From Thermococcus kodakarensis KOD1 (GTDB taxonomy: Archaea; Methanobacteriota_B; Thermococci; Thermococcales; Thermococcaceae): DNA of 32,000 nucleotides. The notes under the pieces were generated by a model. That model saw only the letters and a program-made list of their open reading frames with translations. It did not search any database and was not told the origin of the DNA. A program made the position numbers and the translations under genes. Below are positions 11,072 to 25,058 of this stretch, piece after piece; position 1 is the stretch's first letter, and each line of letters begins with the position of its first letter. The DNA lies in the NCBI RefSeq assembly GCF_000009965.1, contig NC_006624.1, forward strand, positions 30,001 to 62,000, read 5' to 3'.

Positions 11072-12694
11072 ATGGCGCAGGCGGTTATCAGTGACACCCT
11101 CGAAGACGCAATGGCGAGGAACCCCCACCTTAGGAGGTACATTGAGCAGTTCAGAAAGAAGTACGGTAAGATGCCGGAGTTTCACGCCCAGCTCAGCAGG
11201 GACATGAAGGACATACCGTATCCCAACATACTCTACCCCGTCGGAGACCCAATATTCGTCCACATCTATACGGACCCCGCCACCGCCGAAAAGCGCTACA
11301 TTGTCATAGAGCCGAGGATAGAGAGCGCTGAGGAGGAGGAAAAGTACAAGCTCATCAAGGACAAGATACTAGAGCTTGCGCCGACCAGGGACATCCCCGA
11401 GGATCAGGAGGAGTTCGAGAGATTCCTCGATGCCCTCTTCGATGAGGCCGTCCTCAGCCTGGCGAAGGGAAGGAGGGCAAAGTTCACCATAACCAAGGAC
11501 GAGATGGAGAAGTTCCGCTACCTCATAAAGCGCGACATCATCGGTATAGGCCCGCTGGAGCCAATAGCCAGGGATCCGTACATTGAGGATATCCACATCA
11601 TAGGTGCCCACAACGTTTCCCTCGTCCACAAGATATTCGAGATGATGCAGACCAACATAGACTTCGGCGACGATGTCAAGCTGGCCGACTACTTCAAGAA
11701 CATGGCGGAGCGCATAGGAAGGCCTGTGAGCGACAGGACGCCTATAGTCGACGGTGCCTTGCCAGACGGCTCCCGTATCAACATCATCTACTCACCTGAC
11801 ATCTCAATAAAGGGTCCGAGCGCGACCATCCGTAAGTTCTCGGCGACACCAATAAGCATAGTCCAGCTCATAGGTTGGGGCACGCTCAGCGCCGAGGTGG
11901 CAGCCTACCTGTGGATTGCCCTTGAGTACGGCATGAGCGTCTTCGTCTGTGGTGAGACGGCCTCTGGTAAGACTACTCTCCTCAATGCCATAATCCCGTT
12001 CATCAAGCCTGGGTCAAAGATTTATACTGCTGAGGACACTCCTGAGGTCCAGGTTCCCCACCCGGTCTGGCAGAGACTCATAACCCGTGAGAGGGGCCCT
12101 GAGGAGAGCAGGGTTACGCTCTTCGATCTCCTGAAGGCGGCGCTGCGTTCGAGGCCGAACTACATCATCGTCGGTGAGATTCGTGGTGCCGAGGGTGCCA
12201 TAGCCTTCCAAGCAATGCAGACCGGCCACCCGGTTATGGCGACCTTCCACGCGGGCGACATCAAGAAGATGATCCAGCGTTTTACTGGCCACCCGATCAA
12301 CGTTCCGATAACCTTCATCGACAACCTGAACATAGCGGTCTTCCAGCAGGCGGTCTACGTTAAGGGCAAGTTCCTCAGGAGAACAATCAGCGTCGTTGAG
12401 ATTGAGGGCTACTACGAGGAGCTTGGCGGTGTGGCAACGAGGAACGTCTTCGAGTGGGACTCGGTATCTGACAGACACATCTTCCGTGGATTCAACAACT
12501 CGTACATCCTGGAGAGGAAGATAGCGGAGATAGCGGGTTATGAGGATCCCAAGGACATCTATAACGAGCTTTTCCTGAGGGCAAGGATACTCCAAAGGAT
12601 GGTCGAGCTTGGCATAACCAACTACTGGGACGTCTACAGGGAGATCAAGGCCTTCTATCTCAAGGGTATCGAGGGCCTCAGCTTCAGGATCTGA
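11072..12694 (+). CDS. flaI: Archaellum motor ATPase FlaI/ArlI
   Basis: Type II/IV secretion ATPase with Walker A GETASGKTTLLNAI and downstream signature PNYIIVGEIRGAEG. Confidence 0.96.
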   Translation: MAQAVISDTLEDAMARNPHLRRYIEQFRKKYGKMPEFHAQLSRDMKDIPYPNILYPVGDPIFVHIYTDPATAEKRYIVIEPRIESAEEEEKYKLIKDKILELAPTRDIPEDQEEFERFLDALFDEAVLSLAKGRRAKFTITKDEMEKFRYLIKRDIIGIGPLEPIARDPYIEDIHIIGAHNVSLVHKIFEMMQTNIDFGDDVKLADYFKNMAERIGRPVSDRTPIVDGALPDGSRINIIYSPDISIKGPSATIRKFSATPISIVQLIGWGTLSAEVAAYLWIALEYGMSVFVCGETASGKTTLLNAIIPFIKPGSKIYTAEDTPEVQVPHPVWQRLITRERGPEESRVTLFDLLKAALRSRPNYIIVGEIRGAEGAIAFQAMQTGHPVMATFHAGDIKKMIQRFTGHPINVPITFIDNLNIAVFQQAVYVKGKFLRRTISVVEIEGYYEELGGVATRNVFEWDSVSDRHIFRGFNNSYILERKIAEIAGYEDPKDIYNELFLRARILQRMVELGITNYWDVYREIKAFYLKGIEGLSFRI

Positions 12695-12695
12695 G

Positions 12696-14440
12696 GTGAT
12701 GCAAATGCCCGAAGAGAAAGCCAGCGTCTTCACCAAGGCCGACCTAAGCATGGAGGCTTACCTTAAGGGCATTCTTCTGCCCTACCTTGGAATCTCAGCG
12801 GTGCTTTTCATAGTCATCGGATTTATAACGAGGATTCTTCCTGTTGCCCGGAGTCTCCAAGTTTTAATGTTCTTAATCCCGATAGTTCTGATAATCTACG
12901 CTGCTGCCTATCCGTACGTAGTGGCCGACTCCAAGAAGATTTCGATAAACTCGAAGATGCCGTACTTCATCACGTACTTTGCGGTTCTCTCCACGAGCGA
13001 GATGGGCAGAAGCGATCTTGTGGCAGTACTCGCCAAGGATCCAAAGCTGGGTGCAATAGCAAGTGAGCTGAAGAAAGTCCACACGATTGTTAACAAACTC
13101 CACCTCTCGATGCCGGAAGCATTCCGCTTTCTCGCCAGGAGAACCCCGAGCAAGATGTTCGCAGACTTTCTCGACAGGCTTGCCTACTCCCTTGACAGCG
13201 GTGTTGACCTGAAGGAATACCTCTTCCAGGAGCAGAAGACCGTTATGGACGACTATGAGACCTTCTACGAGGGAGCGCTTTATGATCTCGATGTTTTCAA
13301 GGAGATATACGAGTCGATCATCATTTCAGTCGTTTTCATAGCGTCGTTCATCATCATCGGTCCGATCATTACGGGAATGGACATAGGCAGGATGGGCCTC
13401 TACGCGCTCCTCATGATCATAGCGGCAGAAGTCGGTGTTCTGCTCGTCGTCAAGTTCAGGATGCCAGAAGACCCGATCTGGGCCGACAGCAGGGGAATAA
13501 GGGATCCCAAGAGGGAACGCATCAAAATGGCGGCGATTTACTCCAGTATTGGAACCGTTATCCTGACGTTGGTTTATCTCCTGTTTATCAGGCAGAGGTT
13601 CAGCATTCCCGAGCCGTTCGTGGTGGCCATGGTTCTTACCCCGTTCTACTACCTCGGAATGGTGGTCGACAGAGAGGAAAAGCGCATCTTCAGGAAGGAC
13701 GAGAACTTCCCGGCCTTCATCAGGAGCCTCAGCTCTTCCCTTGCCGCCAGCGGTGCATCCCTCGTCCTCGTTCTCAAGTACCTCAGCGCCCACGACTTTG
13801 GGTCACTCACGGACGACATCAAAGCTCTCTACAGGAGGCTCGCCATCAGGGTTGACAGGGACAGGGCTTGGGACTTCTTCATCGCCGGAACTGGAAGCTG
13901 GCTCATAGGAATATTCTCCGAGATATTCAGGGAGAGCCTGCACATGGGTGCCGAGCCAGATTACGTGGGTCTGGTCATAAGCAGGAACTTCGAGAGGATC
14001 GTTAGGCTCAGGAGGAAGAGGCAGCAGAGCATAGCGAGCTTTATAGGTATAATCTACGGTCTTACTGGAGCGTTTGCTTTTGCTCTCGCGGCGTCCTTTC
14101 AGGTGGCTGTTTCAATAAACGATCTGTTCTCGAAGATGGATCTCGGAGCTGCCGCGAACTACATTGGCGACATAATACACGTGATACCTCCGACTGGTAT
14201 GACTTTTCTGATGTACATAATGCTGACGATGATGGTTCTCCACTCATTGCTCTCGGCCCTGGTTATCAAGCTGGCCGATGGGGGGCACATACTAGGCTCC
14301 GCCAAATACTTCGTCATTCTGGCTTGGATATTCGCCGTCGGGATGTATCTCGGCCAGACCTTGATGGCGAGGATGATGGGCACGAGTAGCGGAGGTACAG
14401 AAGTTGCCCAACTTGTGGGGTATCTGCTGGGGGTGATGCC

Positions 14441-14444
<4 letters not shown>
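12696..14444 (+). CDS. flaJ: Archaellum membrane platform protein FlaJ/ArlJ
   Basis: T2SF-like polytopic membrane protein directly after flaI. The start may be ATG 12705 (MPEEKASVF). Confidence 0.93.
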
Positions 14445-17128
<2,684 letters not shown>

Positions 17129-17170
17129 CCTTTTAAGTAGACTACTTCCTCCATTTATTCAGGTGGTAAA

Positions 17171-17800
17171 ATGGTCAGGCTCATAGCTTTTGACCTTGAG
17201 GGCACGCTTGTTAGGTCAGTTTCGGGATGGGTCGAACTCCATAAGAGGTTTGGGACTTGGGAGAAGGGAAAGGAGTACGCGGAGGCCTTTTTCAAGGGCG
17301 AGATAGACTACGCCACGTGGCGAGACTGGGATGCTTCCCTCTGGAAAGGGCATACCAAAGACGAGATACTGGAGTGGGTCAGCTCCGTTGAGTACATGGA
17401 GGGTGCGAAGGAGTTAATCGAGCTCCTCAAGGAAAACGGCTTTAAAATAGCCATCTTGAGCAGCGGACTTATGTGCCTCGCTAAGAGGGTCGGCGAAGAA
17501 CTTGGTGTTGACTACGTTTACGCTAACGAGCTGATTTTCGACGATGAAGGGAGGATAACCGGCGAAGTTAACCCGGTTGTTGATTTCCAGGGAAAAGGCG
17601 CTATACTTCGCAGGCTCAAGGAGGAGCTGAAGCCGGAGCTGACCGTGGCCGTTGGCGACGGCTACAACGACATCAGCATGTTCATGGAGGCCGATGTGGC
17701 AATAGCCATAAACCCCCATGAAGGCGTTGAGGGCGACCACAACGTCGAGAGCCTCTACGAGGTCAGGGAGATAATCGAAGAGCTGATACGGGGTCAGTGA
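17171..17800 (+). CDS. HAD-family phosphatase, SerB-like
   Basis: Motif I FDLEGTLV, motif II ILSSG, motif III K and motif IV VGDGYNDISM. Confidence 0.85.
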   Translation: MVRLIAFDLEGTLVRSVSGWVELHKRFGTWEKGKEYAEAFFKGEIDYATWRDWDASLWKGHTKDEILEWVSSVEYMEGAKELIELLKENGFKIAILSSGLMCLAKRVGEELGVDYVYANELIFDDEGRITGEVNPVVDFQGKGAILRRLKEELKPELTVAVGDGYNDISMFMEADVAIAINPHEGVEGDHNVESLYEVREIIEELIRGQ

Positions 17801-17846
17801 AGGGCGTGCTCATCACAGTCAGCAAAGCAAAAGCTCTTCATCCCCC
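17790..17846 (-). ncRNA. Box C/D guide sRNA candidate
   Basis: Minus strand: GGGG-GATGA-AGAGCTTTTGCTTTG-CTGA-CTG-TGATGA-GCACGCCCTTCA-CTGA-CCCC. It has C (GGATGA variant), D' (CTGA), C' (TGATGA), D (CTGA), a 3-nt D'-C' spacer, a 12-nt D guide and a G/C terminal stem. Confidence 0.8.
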
Positions 17847-17908
17847 GGTGTAGGCCTGGCAGGAAGCCCCGGTTCACGTTTCCCCGGGGAGGGCGGGACG
17901 CCAGGCCC
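17847..17908 (-). ncRNA. Box H/ACA guide sRNA candidate
   Basis: Minus strand: G-GGCCTGGC-GTCCCGCCCT-CCCCGG-GGAAACGTGAA-CCGGGG-CTTCCT-GCCAGGCC-T-ACA-CC. It has an 8-bp basal stem, a pocket, a 6-bp upper stem, a GA/GUGA K-loop-like terminal loop, and ACA about 15 nt below the pocket. Confidence 0.7.
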
Positions 17909-17937
17909 AGAGACTTTTGGTTTCAATCTTTAAAACT

Positions 17938-19140
17938 TTAAAGGCCCATCATTTTAAGCTCCAGCCACCAGAAGATGTCCCCCCAGAAGTAGCTTATCAG
18001 GAAGCCGAGGAATATGGCAGGTGCAAAGGGCATCGCCTTCTTTCTCAGGAACCTGTTTTCCAGCTTCCCCTCTTCAACGAGCTTCTTCAGCTCTTCGATC
18101 TGCTCCTTGGTGAGGCCCTCGGCGGTTGGTGAGGCTACCACTCTTCCCACTTTTGGCCTAATCTCGGAGAAGTCCCATGTCGAGAGTGCTCTCTTGAACC
18201 TCTCAATGGTCCCTTCTCTCTCGCGCTTTACCTCGCCGTTGAGCTCGTGAATGGTCTCACCAAGGATATCCCATTCGTGGAGCTCCTCAACTGGGACTTC
18301 TTCCACGAGGACTTTTCCCCGGAGTATTTTTGCCGTCGAGAGAAGAACCTTCACGGCGTAAATAGTTGCAAGCACCTTTAGCAGGGCGAAGAGGGTCGTA
18401 TCTGGCTGGAGGTACGTCAGGTAGAGAACGCCCGCAATTCCGAGGATGTCCCCCACTGTGCGGTATCTGAGGAATATCGGAAACGCAAGGATGGTCACGA
18501 GAAGTCCGAGCAGGGGTCTGTTGAGGTTCAGCAGGGCAGTAACTGCTATCCCGAACATTATCCACAGCGTTGCTTCAATTGTTGTCCTAATGCCTTCAGT
18601 GAAAACTCTTTTGATATCTTCTGTTTCCTTCCGCACCACCAGTACTCCAAGCGCGTAGGCTATTATAAACGGAAAGACCGCAAGGATGCTGTTGAACAGT
18701 ATTGCGACTGGATAAAACGGGTATCCATCGCCGTACGGTGGCACAATCTTGGCGGTCGGGGGGGCCAGGGGGAGAAGCGCGGAGAACGCGGCTAGTATTA
18801 CTACATCACCGCTGGCCCAGGCGCCGATGTAATACAGGAAAAGGCCGAGTCCAAAGCCCACAAAAAGCCCAATGAGTCCGGAGAGCGCCAGGAGAACGTC
18901 CCCGCTTTTGAGTCCGAGGTATAGGTAGTAAAGAATTCCGATCTCGGCGGAGGGTATGATTATCCTTTCAATCCATCTGGGAAGTCCAACGTCCTCTTCC
19001 TCCTCTTCCCATCCGAGCAGTTTTCCAATGAGCTGAAGTGTTGGGAACGCGTGGACATCGAAGACAAAGCCCGTTTTTATGTCCGTATATGACGTTAAAA
19101 TACCAGTTAGGAGGCCCATCAGAAGAGGTATCAGCTCCAT
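17938..19140 (-). CDS. A24-family (type III/IV) prepilin/prearchaellin peptidase-like membrane aspartyl protease
   Basis: MELIPLLMGLLTGILTSYTDIKTGFVFD contains the first Asp motif. GAWASGDVVILAAFSALLP contains the second, GxGD-like motif. Confidence 0.8.
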   Translation of the reverse strand: MELIPLLMGLLTGILTSYTDIKTGFVFDVHAFPTLQLIGKLLGWEEEEEDVGLPRWIERIIIPSAEIGILYYLYLGLKSGDVLLALSGLIGLFVGFGLGLFLYYIGAWASGDVVILAAFSALLPLAPPTAKIVPPYGDGYPFYPVAILFNSILAVFPFIIAYALGVLVVRKETEDIKRVFTEGIRTTIEATLWIMFGIAVTALLNLNRPLLGLLVTILAFPIFLRYRTVGDILGIAGVLYLTYLQPDTTLFALLKVLATIYAVKVLLSTAKILRGKVLVEEVPVEELHEWDILGETIHELNGEVKREREGTIERFKRALSTWDFSEIRPKVGRVVASPTAEGLTKEQIEELKKLVEEGKLENRFLRKKAMPFAPAIFLGFLISYFWGDIFWWLELKMMGL

Positions 19141-19153
19141 TCTATCACCGCCA

Positions 19154-19351
19154 TCACAGGTCTTCTAGGATTTTTTTCCTAATCTCCTTTGTATAGTTTG
19201 TAACCGACTTGTTCAGCTCGTTTGTCGAGTTCGTCGCCACTCTAATGGCTATCGCTACGAGAACGAGAACCGCCGCAAGCATGAACAGGTACTCCAGTGC
19301 CCCCTGTGCCCTGCGCCTCATTTTTTGCACCTTATATTTTTTAGACTCCAA
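19154..19351 (-). CDS. Small class III signal peptide (type IV pilin-like) protein; start probably 19321
   Basis: MRRRAQG|ALEYLFMLAAVLVLVAIAIRVATNSTNEL shows the Q..xE hydrophobic H-domain. It is 13 bp upstream of the peptidase gene on the same strand. Confidence 0.8.
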   Translation of the reverse strand: MESKKYKVQKMRRRAQGALEYLFMLAAVLVLVAIAIRVATNSTNELNKSVTNYTKEIRKKILEDL

Positions 19352-19393
19352 ACCTTTAAAAGTTTCTATTTGAGCTTATCTCGGTAGGGAAAA

Positions 19394-19732
19394 ATGAAGG
19401 TCTACAGGCTCTTTGTCAAGGACGAGTATCTAAATTTCATCCGTTCGGGTGAGAAGAGGATTGAGGTTAGGGTTGCATACCCCCAGTTCAGGAACATTAG
19501 GCCGGGGGACAAGATAATATTCAACGACTCCATCCCGGCCGTCGTAACGGAAGTGAAGAAGTACGAGACATTCAGACAGGTTCTCAGGGAAGAACCAATA
19601 AAGAAAATCTTTCCAGATGAGCCGAGTTTCGAACGGGCTGTGAAGAGGTTTCACAACCTCTACCCCAAATGGAAGGAGAACCGCTACGGTGTGATTGCTA
19701 TCAAATTCAAGCTCCTCGGTGAGGGGAGATGA
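19394..19732 (+). CDS. ASCH-domain protein
   Basis: [43 protein letters not shown] is an ASCH-type motif. Confidence 0.7.
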   Translation: MKVYRLFVKDEYLNFIRSGEKRIEVRVAYPQFRNIRPGDKIIFNDSIPAVVTEVKKYETFRQVLREEPIKKIFPDEPSFERAVKRFHNLYPKWKENRYGVIAIKFKLLGEGR

Positions 19733-20298
19733 GGCACCTCGAATTCGACGGGAGGTATGCGGAGGACATACTGAGGGGGAAAAAGCGGGCGACTGTTAGA
19801 CTTGGCAGGAAGCCAAACCTCAAGGAGGGCGACACAGTGCTCATCCACGCTGGTGGCTATGCCCTTGGGAAGGCAGTCATAGAGAGAGTTGAGAGCAAGA
19901 CCGTCGGTGAGCTTACGGACGAAGACGCCTTTCTGGACGGTTTCTCCAGCAGGGAAGAGCTGATAAGGGCGCTCAAGGAGCACTATAAGTACGTAAACGA
20001 TAATTCCCCTGCTCATGTTATTGTCTTTCGGCTCATTGAGAAGTTTGATAGGCCCGTTATGAGCTCTGACTACGCCTACGAGGGCAACCTGCCGGTTGAA
20101 ATCGCGGAAAAGGCCCTTAAATATCTCGATCTCCCAGAGGAGGACAGAAAACTGATAGAGCTGTTCCTCAGAACGGGAAGCCTGAGAAAGGCCGCCTATA
20201 GGCTCGGCGGATTGAACAAAAGGTACCTGATAAGGGAGGCCCTGAGGAGGGCCTATGAAGAGCTGAAAAAGAAGGGTATCATGGGGCCGAAACTTTAA
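19729..20298 (+). CDS. ASCH-domain protein with C-terminal helical/HTH-like extension
   Basis: [49 protein letters not shown] overlap with the previous gene. Confidence 0.75.
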   Translation: MRHLEFDGRYAEDILRGKKRATVRLGRKPNLKEGDTVLIHAGGYALGKAVIERVESKTVGELTDEDAFLDGFSSREELIRALKEHYKYVNDNSPAHVIVFRLIEKFDRPVMSSDYAYEGNLPVEIAEKALKYLDLPEEDRKLIELFLRTGSLRKAAYRLGGLNKRYLIREALRRAYEELKKKGIMGPKL

Positions 20299-20560
20299 CG
20301 CTCTCCAGGATCGTTATCTTCTCCTCTCCGTTTACATCAGTTTTACTCGCCGAGAGCTTTACTGGCATGAGCTTGAACGTGTTGCCGTTTATGATCTTTC
20401 TAAGGAGCCTCTCAAAGTCCTCCATCTCGGAGTCGCTGGAGAAGTCCACCCTTGCTATGAAGTCGTACTCTCCGTAGAGCCACTGCCCCTCGACGGGAAG
20501 TTCCCTCAGGATTTCGTCCCTCACGCCCCATACGAGCAGTATCGCCTCGATATCCATCAC
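20279..20560 (-). CDS. Small conserved hypothetical protein, Lrp/AsnC effector-domain-like
   Basis: 93 aa: MMDIEAILLVWGVRDEILRELPVEGQWLYGEYDFIARVDFSSDSEMEDFERLLRKIINGN. Promoter-like gap upstream; convergent overlap with 20298. Confidence 0.55.
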   Translation of the reverse strand: MMDIEAILLVWGVRDEILRELPVEGQWLYGEYDFIARVDFSSDSEMEDFERLLRKIINGNTFKLMPVKLSASKTDVNGEEKITILESVKVSAP

Positions 20561-20708
20561 CTCTGGTTTGTGCTCAACTGGGAGTTATATCTTTTTCCAA
20601 AGATTTTCTGAATTTGTGCCCAGTTGTCCAACTATTTTCGGTCTATTGTTGTCATAATGTCAGAAAGCTCTTTTAAGATATGGAGAATAAGGAGTGCTGG
20701 TGATACTA

Positions 20709-21413
20709 ATGAAAGCTGTCTTCTTTGACTTCGTTGGCACGCTCATAACGAAGGCTGGCGAAAACGTGACTCACCTGAACATAGTCAGGGAAGTACTGAA
20801 AAAAGCTGGCCGGGGCGACCTGGACGCTGAAGAAGTTTGGAGGGCCTACGAGGAAGAGAGCTCCGCGCTCTTCTCAGAACTCGCGGGTAAGGAAGCAGTG
20901 AAAATAAGGGATGTGGACACTGAGGCCATGAGGAGGGTCGCTGAGAGATACGGCTTTACAGTGCCCAAGGACTTCTGGGAGATAAGCATAAGGATGCACG
21001 AAAAATACGGCCAGCTCTTTCCAGATGCAGTGGATACAATAAAAGCCCTCAAGGGTATGGGCCTTCATGTAGGTATAATCACCGACTCTGACAACGATTA
21101 CATCACTGCCCACTTGAAGGCCCTCGGAATATACGACCTCTTCGACAGCATAACAACGAGTGAAGAAGCTGGCTTTTTCAAGCCCCATCCGAGGCCGTTT
21201 CAGCTCGCTCTGGAAAAGGCTGGTGTCAAGCCAGAGGAAGCTCTTTACGTCGGGGACAACCCGAAAAAGGACTGTGTAGGGGCAAAAAACATTGGAATGA
21301 CCAGTGTGCTCCTCGATCCAAATGGGGAAAAGAGGGAGCTGTGGGAAAACTGCGACTTCATTGTCTCAAGACTTTCAGAGGTCGTGGGGATAATTAAGGG
21401 TCTAAAGGGTTAG
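20709..21413 (+). CDS. HAD-superfamily hydrolase
   Basis: MKAVFFDFVGTLITKAG...VGIITDSDND...KPHPRPFQLAL...ALYVGDNPKKDCVGAKN. The track ORF begins at 20694. Confidence 0.85.
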   Translation: MKAVFFDFVGTLITKAGENVTHLNIVREVLKKAGRGDLDAEEVWRAYEEESSALFSELAGKEAVKIRDVDTEAMRRVAERYGFTVPKDFWEISIRMHEKYGQLFPDAVDTIKALKGMGLHVGIITDSDNDYITAHLKALGIYDLFDSITTSEEAGFFKPHPRPFQLALEKAGVKPEEALYVGDNPKKDCVGAKNIGMTSVLLDPNGEKRELWENCDFIVSRLSEVVGIIKGLKG

Positions 21414-21476
21414 GGGGTCAGCAACGGCAGGGCTCTTCATCGTTTGCCTCGTTTAGCGAAATTATCATCATTCCCC
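21413..21476 (-). ncRNA. Box C/D guide sRNA candidate in 3' UTR of the phosphatidyltransferase gene
   Basis: Minus strand: GGGGAA-TGATGA-TAATTTCGCTAA-ACGAGGCAAA-CGATGA-AGAGCCCTGCCGTTG-CTGA-CCCCC. It has C box TGATGA, C' CGATGA, D CTGA, a GGGG/CCCC terminal stem and a degenerate D'. Confidence 0.75.
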
Positions 21477-21483
21477 TCTTCTT

Positions 21484-22062
21484 TCACTCCTTGAGCCTCT
21501 GATAGGCCGCCCACATTCTCTGGAAGACCGTTATCCACGCGAGCACGCCGACGATGTAAACACCCCACTTCACGTACTCTGCCCCAGCAAGGGAGAACGC
21601 CATCAGGATCAATAACCTCTCAGCCCTCTCGGCTATTCCAACTGCGAGCGTTCCTGAGCCTGCAAGCTCTGCCCTACAGCGCTCGTAGCTGACGAGGTAT
21701 GCACCCATAAAGGTCAGGAAAGTCAAGCGCCAGTCCGCGAGGTTGCCGAGGGCTATTCCAAAGAGGACTGCACCATCGCTTATCCTGTCAAAGGTAGAAT
21801 CCAGGAACGCTCCAAAGCGGCTCGTTTTTCCAGTCATTCTTGCCAGCGTTCCGTCGAGGGCATCTATGGCAGAGCCTATGAGGAGGATCACTGCGGCGAG
21901 CCTTGGGCGCTGGAGGTAGAAGAGATACGCTCCAAGCAGGCTTATCAGGAGGCCTATGAACGTTATCGTGTTCGGTGTGACACCGGCTTTTGCTAGAGGT
22001 TTTACGATGGCCTCAAGGTAACCTTTGACGTTCTCCCTGTACCTGTTGAGCATCTCTGCCAC
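21484..22062 (-). CDS. CDP-alcohol phosphatidyltransferase (archaetidylinositol phosphate synthase-like)
   Basis: Signature DALDGTLARMTGKTSRFGAFLDSTFDR (DGxxARxxxxxxxxGxxxDxxxD). Confidence 0.88.
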   Translation of the reverse strand: MAEMLNRYRENVKGYLEAIVKPLAKAGVTPNTITFIGLLISLLGAYLFYLQRPRLAAVILLIGSAIDALDGTLARMTGKTSRFGAFLDSTFDRISDGAVLFGIALGNLADWRLTFLTFMGAYLVSYERCRAELAGSGTLAVGIAERAERLLILMAFSLAGAEYVKWGVYIVGVLAWITVFQRMWAAYQRLKE

Positions 22063-22063
22063 C

Positions 22064-22602
22064 TCATTCGAGCTGAAGGACCTTCTTACCTCGCTCCTGG
22101 GGGACTATCTTGAGCTTCGCATTATGGAATTCCTTCCTAAGGCCGGCACCGTCGAGCAACCTGTCTAGAAAGACAGCCAGAGCTGCAACCTCGCTGTGGG
22201 GCTGGTTGCCGACGGCCACGTTGTAGTCCGCCATCTCATAGACCTCTCTCGGCACCTTTTCTGCACCGACGACGATAAGGAGGTCTTTTCCAGATTTCAG
22301 CTCATCCTTTATGCGGGGAATTGCGTCATCAATGTGTATTCCGTACATAGTGAGGTGAACTATGATTCCCCTATCTTTCCACTCTCTCAGGATTTTCTTC
22401 CAGCTGGGGTTGAATTCAATTTCAAAAGGACCGCCCCAGCGGTTCACAACGTCTTCCACGCTCTCTTTGACATGCTCGTCCTCTTCTGCGGCTATTATTA
22501 TTTTATCGGCTCCAAAGGCCCTTGCCGTCAGTGCTACGTGTGTCGTTATCCTCTTGTCCCTCTCAGGCCGGTGTCCAAGTCTGAGGACTGCGATCATCTT
22601 CC

Positions 22603-22606
<4 letters not shown>
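22064..22606 (-). CDS. tRNA (cytidine-56) 2'-O-methyltransferase (aTrm56)
   Basis: SPOUT-type sequence [35 protein letters not shown]...[41 protein letters not shown]. Confidence 0.88.
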
Positions 22607-25021
<2,415 letters not shown>

Positions 25022-25058
25022 AAATATTGAACGAAAGGTTCAAAAATCTTGAACGGGA

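Noticed and set aside
12014-12751. 245-aa minus-strand ORF
   Set aside because: Fully antisense to flaI, low-complexity composition from GC codon bias, no recognisable domain.
17847-17908. Plus-strand GC-rich terminator or generic hairpin interpretation
   Set aside because: The plus-strand reading is followed by T-rich DNA, but the minus-strand reading gives pocket, K-loop and ACA features at the right spacing, so H/ACA is preferred. A terminator is still possible as a secondary role.
19862-20298. Convergent overlap of 20279-20560 with the ASCH gene as a sign of a false ORF
   Set aside because: Only 20 bp overlap at 3' ends, which is common in compact archaeal genomes; the small ORF was kept at moderate confidence.
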